Below, one piece after another: positions 57,883 through 64,000 of a stretch of 64,000 nucleotides of DNA. The translations under genes and the position numbers were made by a program. Each line of letters opens with the position of its first letter. Position 1 is the stretch's first letter. Where the stretch lies: NCBI GenBank assembly GCA_030751995.1, contig JASMFB010000001.1:122-64121 (forward strand), in the 5' to 3' direction. The notes under the pieces are model-generated. The model was given only the letters and a program-made list of their open reading frames with translations, did no database searches and was not told the origin of the DNA. Source of the stretch: Candidatus Thalassarchaeaceae archaeon. GTDB lineage: Archaea; Thermoplasmatota; Poseidoniia; Poseidoniales; Thalassarchaeaceae.

Positions 57883-59679
57883 ATGTCTGCCATCCCTCCA
57901 TCTTGGTTCCAGAGTATTCTCGGGGCCTTGATTCTGGCTCTATTGGTAGCCATTGCAATCCGTTGGGTGAAATTGCCATACACAATCGCCTTAGTCATAG
58001 TCGGATTGATGGTGGGCTGGCTCGGAGAATTCTGGATGCCCGAAGATATTGAACTTACAGGGCTTCTAACCGCTGAAACGATTTTCTTCATTCTGTTGCC
58101 ACCCCTACTGTTTGAAGGCGCCTGTGCGATGCATATACAGAAATTGAAACAGAATTGGCGACCCATCTCACTCTTGGCCATCCCTGGCGTTTTGATGAAC
58201 ACCGCCATTATCGGAATCATTTGTTGGAAATTTGTTTGGGCAGATACCGAACATGGTCTTCTCTATGGGTTGCTGTTGGGCTCGATTCTAGCGGCCACCG
58301 ATCCTGTCAGCGTTCTTGCTTTGGTGAAGACACTAGGTGCCCCCAAGCGATTATCAGTATTGATTGAAGGCGAATCTTTGTTCAATGATGGAACCGCCGT
58401 GGTTCTATTCAATATTCTTCTAGCGACAACCCTTGCTGTAGTATCGGGTGTCGATGTATCTCTGATGTCCATCTTCACAGCCGGTTTGAGTGAGTTCCTC
58501 CTCGTAGTCTTCGTTGGCGCAATCGCAGGTTTACTATGTGGATTGTTTGCCAATTGGTTACTGCATCAATCAGATGATCATCTTGTCGAAATTGCCATCA
58601 CACTTGCTCTGGCCTTCGGCGCTTTCCTATTGGCCGAAATGATGCATGGAAGTGGCGTCATCAGTGTGGTCGTCGCGGGATTGCTAGTGGGCAATCACGG
58701 GGTCAAGGAAGGAATGACGCCGACTGCAAGAATTGGAATGCATCACTTTTGGGAAGTTTTGGCATTCTTGGTCAACAGCGTCCTATTCCTCTTGATTGGC
58801 TATGAATTACAGGGAGCATTTGCATGGAATGCTCACGTACTCCATCTTGCTGCAGTTGGCATTGGTGCAGCATTGATTGCTCGCTTGGTCGTATTCCCTC
58901 TTACGACTCTCGCCAATATCAAAAATCCAAATCCTATCTCTAACCGCTGGCAGATTGCACTGTGGTGGGGCGGTCTTCGTGGCAGTATCCCCATCGCCTT
59001 GCTTCTTCTCATCTCCCACGTTGTCAGTCATCCGCCCGAGTTTGAGTACATGGGGGAAATGGTTTCTGGTGGCCAAATCACAGTTTATGACGACATGCTC
59101 ATTATCGCATTCAGTGTTGTATTGTTCTCTCTAGTGGCACAAGGCTTGACGATGAAACCAATGTTAAATCGCCTTGGAATCAGTGGTGCTCCGGCAGAGG
59201 CAGAAGTCCGGTACGAAGTTGCCCTGGCTGAAGTCATCGGTAGTCGAGCCGCCTTGCGCCGCCTTAGTGCTCTCAATACTCAAGGCCTCATCAGTGATGA
59301 CGACCAAGCCACTCTGGCAGAGCCTTATCGCGCGCGCGTGCGAGAGAGTGAAACAAAAATTCTTGAATTATCGGAGGCAAATGTCGTCCATTCGGCCCGC
59401 GTTGAACGTGCTCGTCGAGATCTCATCACAGCTCAGATTCAAGCCCTTCTCGACGCTGAACGCTCAGGTACCATTTCATCGGTCGTCGCCAGCGAGGTCC
59501 TAGATGGCCTCGACAAAGCGTTGGGTGAGAGTGAATTCATACAAGAGGAAATCCAAGATTCAGGTAGAACCGAGGATAAGGTCGAATCAATTGTTGAGGG
59601 TGAAATCTCGGAAGTATTGATTCCCGAATCGACCGAATCGATTGTAGGCCAATCACTGAATAAATCCGAAGAAGAATAG
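57883..59679 (+). CDS. CPA1-family Na+/H+ antiporter (NhaP/NhaG-like)
   Basis: LPPLLFE, ATDPVSV, EGESLFNDG, SGVISVV and GGLRG, with a cytoplasmic C-terminal tail. Confidence 0.93.
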   Translation: MSAIPPSWFQSILGALILALLVAIAIRWVKLPYTIALVIVGLMVGWLGEFWMPEDIELTGLLTAETIFFILLPPLLFEGACAMHIQKLKQNWRPISLLAIPGVLMNTAIIGIICWKFVWADTEHGLLYGLLLGSILAATDPVSVLALVKTLGAPKRLSVLIEGESLFNDGTAVVLFNILLATTLAVVSGVDVSLMSIFTAGLSEFLLVVFVGAIAGLLCGLFANWLLHQSDDHLVEIAITLALAFGAFLLAEMMHGSGVISVVVAGLLVGNHGVKEGMTPTARIGMHHFWEVLAFLVNSVLFLLIGYELQGAFAWNAHVLHLAAVGIGAALIARLVVFPLTTLANIKNPNPISNRWQIALWWGGLRGSIPIALLLLISHVVSHPPEFEYMGEMVSGGQITVYDDMLIIAFSVVLFSLVAQGLTMKPMLNRLGISGAPAEAEVRYEVALAEVIGSRAALRRLSALNTQGLISDDDQATLAEPYRARVRESETKILELSEANVVHSARVERARRDLITAQIQALLDAERSGTISSVVASEVLDGLDKALGESEFIQEEIQDSGRTEDKVESIVEGEISEVLIPESTESIVGQSLNKSEEE

Positions 59680-59750
59680 TCACTCATCAAGGCTGTTTTT
59701 TCACCTTCAAGATAAGGCATGTTCAAGAGCCAATTTCATGTCGAGGGGTC

Positions 59751-61196
59751 ATGGAGCCTCGAGTTTGGGTACTGCTCGTATTCGTGGCAGCGTTCGCTTT
59801 GATTCTTTCAGAGAAGATTCATCGAACAATTGCCGCTTGGTTTGGCTGTGTTTGCATGCTATTCTTGGGTTTGTCTATGGGCGTATTTAACAACTGTCAA
59901 ACCGTTGCAAGTGATGCTGGTGGCCATATTTTTGCTATATTCGGTGGAGGTGGTACCGTTGAAATTTGCCATCATTCACTTGAGGGCTTGATGCTGCATT
60001 GGATTCATTTCGATGTCATCGGTCTATTGTTGGGCATGATGATTTTCGCTGCCCTGCTTGAAGTCTCAGGATTCTTTGAGTATGTGTCTGTGAAGGCTGC
60101 TAAACTGTCGGGTGGAGATCCATGGAAATTGGTCGTCTATCTAGGCACATTCACTACCCTAATTTCCCTGGTGATTGACAATGTGACGGCGATTATCATA
60201 ATCGCACCGGTGACGCTCAGAATTTGTCAGAAATTGGAAATCAATCCTATTCCCCCACTGCTTGCGGAAGCCATTCTTTCGGACACGGGCGGAGTGGCCT
60301 CCATGGTCGGAGATCCCCCCAATGTCATGATTGCAAGCCAGGCCAGCAGCATGGATGAACTGGCCTCTTTGTTCGGATTCAATGGATTCTTGCTTCGATT
60401 GGGTATTCTGACTTTATTGGCTTGGGTTGCAACATTGGGATACCTTCGCTACTATTACAAGGATTGGCGCGAATCTAAGCCAGCCCACGTTGAATCAATC
60501 TTGGAAGAAGATGAGTGGGATTGTATCGAGCATCCAATGTTGATGAAGACAACACTATGGATTCTAGGTGCGACGGTTGTCATGTTCTCGGCAACTGAAT
60601 TTTTGCACCTACATGTTGAGATTCACGCGCTGGCTATGGCTGGTGCCGGTGTTGCGTTGATTGCTGCAAAGCCTGAAGACAATGAGATGCCAGGCCACGG
60701 GCTGATGCATGCAGTGACTGAGAAGGTTGAATGGCACGCTCTACTTTTCTTCGCTGGACTGTTTATTTTGGTCGGAGCGATGGGCAATGTTGGATATCTC
60801 AACGACCTCGCCAATTGGATTTTCGACAATTTCGGTTCCAATCATGTGATGCTTGCAGTCGCCATCATTTGGGTCTCTGCAATCGCCAGTGCCTTCATTG
60901 ACAACATTCCCTTCACTGCTGCGATGATTCCTGTGATTGTCGCCATCGGTGAAGCCGACCCTACCATCGATATGGCCCCACTATTCTGGGCACTTGCGAT
61001 GGGTGCAGGATTCGGTGGAAATGCGACACCAATAGGTTCCAGTGCCAACGTCATGACCGTCTCAATCAGTGAACGCGGCCCGAATCCAATCACGACGAAG
61101 GAATGGATGAGAGTTGGTTTCCCTGTGATGATGATTACTTGTGTTGTGGCTACGATTTTCATGATACTGTTCCACGGAACACTCTACAGTTCCTAG
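59751..61196 (+). CDS. ArsB/NhaD (IT superfamily, P-protein-like) permease
   Basis: DNVT, GDPPN, EWHALLFFAGLF, DNIPF and GGNATPIGSSAN. Confidence 0.9.
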   Translation: MEPRVWVLLVFVAAFALILSEKIHRTIAAWFGCVCMLFLGLSMGVFNNCQTVASDAGGHIFAIFGGGGTVEICHHSLEGLMLHWIHFDVIGLLLGMMIFAALLEVSGFFEYVSVKAAKLSGGDPWKLVVYLGTFTTLISLVIDNVTAIIIIAPVTLRICQKLEINPIPPLLAEAILSDTGGVASMVGDPPNVMIASQASSMDELASLFGFNGFLLRLGILTLLAWVATLGYLRYYYKDWRESKPAHVESILEEDEWDCIEHPMLMKTTLWILGATVVMFSATEFLHLHVEIHALAMAGAGVALIAAKPEDNEMPGHGLMHAVTEKVEWHALLFFAGLFILVGAMGNVGYLNDLANWIFDNFGSNHVMLAVAIIWVSAIASAFIDNIPFTAAMIPVIVAIGEADPTIDMAPLFWALAMGAGFGGNATPIGSSANVMTVSISERGPNPITTKEWMRVGFPVMMITCVVATIFMILFHGTLYSS

Positions 61197-61254
61197 GTTT
61201 GAGGCTACACCACTCGGCGGCAGCATCAAAACGGTCCACGTATCCAAGGGGTTC

Positions 61255-62529
61255 ATGCAGGAGTGCGATGCTTGTGGCTTGCTCTTCGGAGGAGCCGAGG
61301 AATGCCCTTCATGTGGGAGCCGTGTATCCCACACCGTACTCGAAAATATCGAGGATGGTAGGCATGGCCGCCCCGCTGGTCCACTTCCTGGTGAATCGGC
61401 ATTGGATGACGCTATTGCAGGCATCGAGGGATTGGACATAAGTCTCACACAGAACACCCAAACAAGTACTCCCTCCTCATTGCCCTTTCAGGTCGGAGGT
61501 AAAGGCCAGATTTCATCCACCCTTCCCTTTGGAGTCGGGGCGCCAGCAGGCATCATCATCGAGAGTGAGGACGACCTCCCTCAAGAGTCCCAAGTTCTAG
61601 AATCAACACCAATTTCTGAATCGGAAAATGAGGATCCATGGGCTATGCCAGAAGTCGAAGCAGCACCCGTTCTTCAGGCCTCAATCAGTTCGGTGGATGA
61701 GCAGAGCGAACCTCCCCTGATGGTGTTGCAAGCACGCACCGTCGTCACCGAGGAGGAACAATTGTCAGACTCCCCTGTCCTAGTGGAAAATGCTTACCAG
61801 ATTAAGGCAGCAGAATTCGACGCTGAACATGTATATGCTGTTAATGAAGAAGTTGTCATTCATGATTTCGACGATGAGCAATTAGTCACTGAAATCGTAG
61901 TCAATTTCGATGAACTTGTGGATCCAGCTGAACAAACAGTTCGCTTCAATCCAGAGTTGCTTTCTGAAGGTGAACCCGAATTAATGCCAGCAAAAGCACT
62001 GTCCATTGACGATGGCGGGGACGATAATGTCGCCGGACACACAATCGCCGCATTTGAAGCCCTAGGCGATGGTCGGTGGAAGGATGCTGCTGACGGTTTC
62101 CGAATCGTCTGTAATTCACTCCCAGGCGATTCAGCAGCGCTGAATAATTTCGGACTATCTCTTCTACAATTGGCCATTCAGGTACATGAGAGGAATCCTA
62201 CTGAAACTCCAGCAGAAGAGCCACATTTTGAGGCTGCTGTTCTGGCACTACGTCAGGCTGCACAACAAGACAAGTACAATCCAACCATCCTTTACAATCT
62301 GGCGACCTGTTTGGCCACCTGTGAACGCCATGGTGTGGCTAATCGAATTTGGGATGCCACAATTTCTCTCGCTCCCGAGGACGCTGCACCGTTGAATGGC
62401 AAGGCAGTTTCTCTCATTGCATTGAGCGAATTTGACACCGCTTCAACCCTCTTGATGCAGGCCCGTGAAATCTCTCCGTCAGAGCCTGTAATACTGCGCA
62501 ATTTACGACGTCTCAGACCCACGGTTTAA
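61255..62529 (+). CDS. Zinc ribbon + acidic linker + TPR protein
   Basis: CDAC...CPSCG at the N-terminus, a long acidic low-complexity region, and TPRs (AALNNFGL, ILYNLA, LNGKAV). Confidence 0.75.
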   Translation: MQECDACGLLFGGAEECPSCGSRVSHTVLENIEDGRHGRPAGPLPGESALDDAIAGIEGLDISLTQNTQTSTPSSLPFQVGGKGQISSTLPFGVGAPAGIIIESEDDLPQESQVLESTPISESENEDPWAMPEVEAAPVLQASISSVDEQSEPPLMVLQARTVVTEEEQLSDSPVLVENAYQIKAAEFDAEHVYAVNEEVVIHDFDDEQLVTEIVVNFDELVDPAEQTVRFNPELLSEGEPELMPAKALSIDDGGDDNVAGHTIAAFEALGDGRWKDAADGFRIVCNSLPGDSAALNNFGLSLLQLAIQVHERNPTETPAEEPHFEAAVLALRQAAQQDKYNPTILYNLATCLATCERHGVANRIWDATISLAPEDAAPLNGKAVSLIALSEFDTASTLLMQAREISPSEPVILRNLRRLRPTV

Positions 62530-62623
62530 CCGTCAATATTCGTCTAATGGCAGGAAAGGGCGAAATCACCCCTCTTCTCGTCACGCAGTCCCCCATTTTT
62601 CCCACCTTGTGATTCCCGAACCA

Positions 62624-62809
62624 TTCATATATGGGAGGTCGGTCGGCGAGATGCTCAAAAGTGCACCCAGGTAGCCTTGACTATCTTGGGGAAGAGGTGG
62701 AGACCGTCCCGCCCCGCGGGGGAGACGGGGTGGTCAGAGAAACCAGAATCGACGTTTCTGGACACCAGAGGACTCACACAGATGTGAGTGTGGATAAATT
62801 ACAAATTGA
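62624..62809 (+). promoter_or_regulatory. Putative rRNA promoter and structured pre-23S leader
   Basis: TATA-like ttcatata at about 62624. Hairpins ccgtc..cccc/gggg..gacgg, ccagaa/ttctgg and actcaca/tgtgagt. Confidence 0.55.
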
Positions 62810-64000
62810 TGCTACAACCTGACTGGGGGATGGCTCGGCTCGAGAGCTGATGAAGGTCGTGACAAGCTGCGATAAGCTACGGGGAGGCGCATGAATGCCT
62901 TGGATCCGTAGGTCGCCTAATAGGACCTCCTGACGCAAGTCGTCATTCCCAGATATACATGGGAAAGGGAACCCACCGAATTGAAGCATCTTAGTAGGTG
63001 GAGGAAAAGAAATCAAAGAGATTCCGTGATTAGTGGCGAACGAAAACGGAACAGAACAAACCGAATCCCCTTGGGAAACCTTGGGGAGATGTGGGGTTTG
63101 GATCGTCTATTGCCTAAACTCGTGAAGTAGAAGTCGACCTGGAACGGCGCACTACAGAGGGTGAAAGTCCCGTATACGTAACGAACATGGCCAAGTGACG
63201 AATCCAGAGTAGCGTGCGTTGGATATCGCGCGTGAATGTGGGAGGCATAAACTTCCAATTCTAAATACTACTCGAGACCGATAGTTAACAAGTAGAGTGA
63301 TCGAAAGCTGAAAAGTATCCTTGACGGGATGTGAAAAGTACCTGAAACCAGTTAGGAACAGGCTGAGTGGGCGTGAAAGCGATGATATGAGCAGCGTTCA
63401 CTCGTGCGTTTCGAAAAATGCCCCTGGGAGTCTTGATTATTGGCGAGGTTAAGCAGTTAATCTGCGAAGCCGTAGGGAAACCGACAAGTCCGCAGCCCTT
63501 CGGGGTGAGGGACGAGATGTGCTCGTCTGAAGTCAATAGTGGAGAACCTGAAGCCCGACGATCTATGCCTGGCCAGATTGAAGCCCGATGAAAATTGGGT
63601 GGAGGATCGAACAGTTGCTGATGTGCAAATCGCTCTGACGAGCTGGGTATAGGGGTGAAAGTCCAATCGAGTTGGGCAATAGCAGGTTCCGCGCGAGACT
63701 ACTCGTAGGTAGACCTCTGTAGAGACAGATTACGCTGTAGAGCACTGATTGGGTGTTTAGGGAGAGCAATCTCTCGGCATCCTGCCAAACTCCGAAGGTG
63801 TAATCGTCAAAGACGCAGGGAGTGAGCCACGGTGGGTAAGCTACCGTGACGAAAGGTGAACAAACCAGCCTAGTGTTAAGGTCCCAAAATTCCAACTAAA
63901 TGTTAAAGATAAACCGTGTCCGTGGTCGAAGACAACTAGAAGGTGGGCTTAGAAGCAGCCACCCTTGAAAGAGTTCGTAACAGATCACTAGTCAAGCTTG
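62810..64000 (+). rRNA. rrl: 23S rRNA (archaeal), 5' part, runs off the window; 5' end approximate
   Basis: GGATGGCTCGGCTCG, GCTGCGATAAGC, GAATTGAAGCATCTTAGTA, AGTGGCGAACGAA, CTAAATAC...ACCGATAG and GGCTTAGAAGCAGCCA. Confidence 0.98.

Noticed and set aside
62640-62800. Possible tRNA or other ncRNA upstream of the 23S
   Set aside because: There is no cloverleaf or TTCRA T-loop. The hairpins are better explained as pre-rRNA leader.
62631-63895. Short ORFs in the ORF track over the right end
   Set aside because: They overlap the 23S rRNA and its leader and are spurious.
1-64000. Mobile elements, provirus or defence island
   Set aside because: I saw no integrase, transposase, terminal inverted repeats, capsid/terminase, Cas or restriction-modification genes. 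The STAND protein lacks a toxic effector domain.

Overview
Chromosomal segment of a marine Thermoplasmatota archaeon, most likely Marine Group II / Poseidoniales. This is an inference from the archaeal informational genes (rpS15, GluRS, PheT, RNase HII, Rpp21, ArcS, type II GAPDH), the bacterial-type DnaJ, Adk and Apt, a 23S rRNA gene with no 16S upstream, and many very large acidic surface proteins. About 35 kb of the 64 kb encodes secreted or membrane-anchored proteins: a beta-helix/Ig protein, a three-gene pilin-like operon, a 1901-aa DxDxDG repeat protein, an Ig-rich protein, a CARDB/TSP3 protein, a double esterase and a large S8 protease. A second, partial S8 protease lies at the left edge. 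I saw no CRISPR array, tRNA, integrase or IS element. Main observations: (1) one in-frame TGA (21239-21241) splits an otherwise continuous ~1830-codon surface-protein gene into a secreted half and an anchored half. (2) Unrelated surface proteins share short cytoplasmic C-terminal motifs (G[WY]Tx[ED]Q and PG[WF]), suggesting an undescribed docking or sorting code. (3) A non-canonical TATA-like box (WTSAAR) lies 29-31 nt before many ATGs and is often directly preceded by a palindrome, a GNA-triloop hairpin or an alternating purine/pyrimidine tract. (4) A wHTH-STAND-TPR regulator sits downstream of a G.U-rich hairpin. (5) Two enzymes look catalytically degenerate. All functional calls come from motif recognition by eye; no database searches were run.
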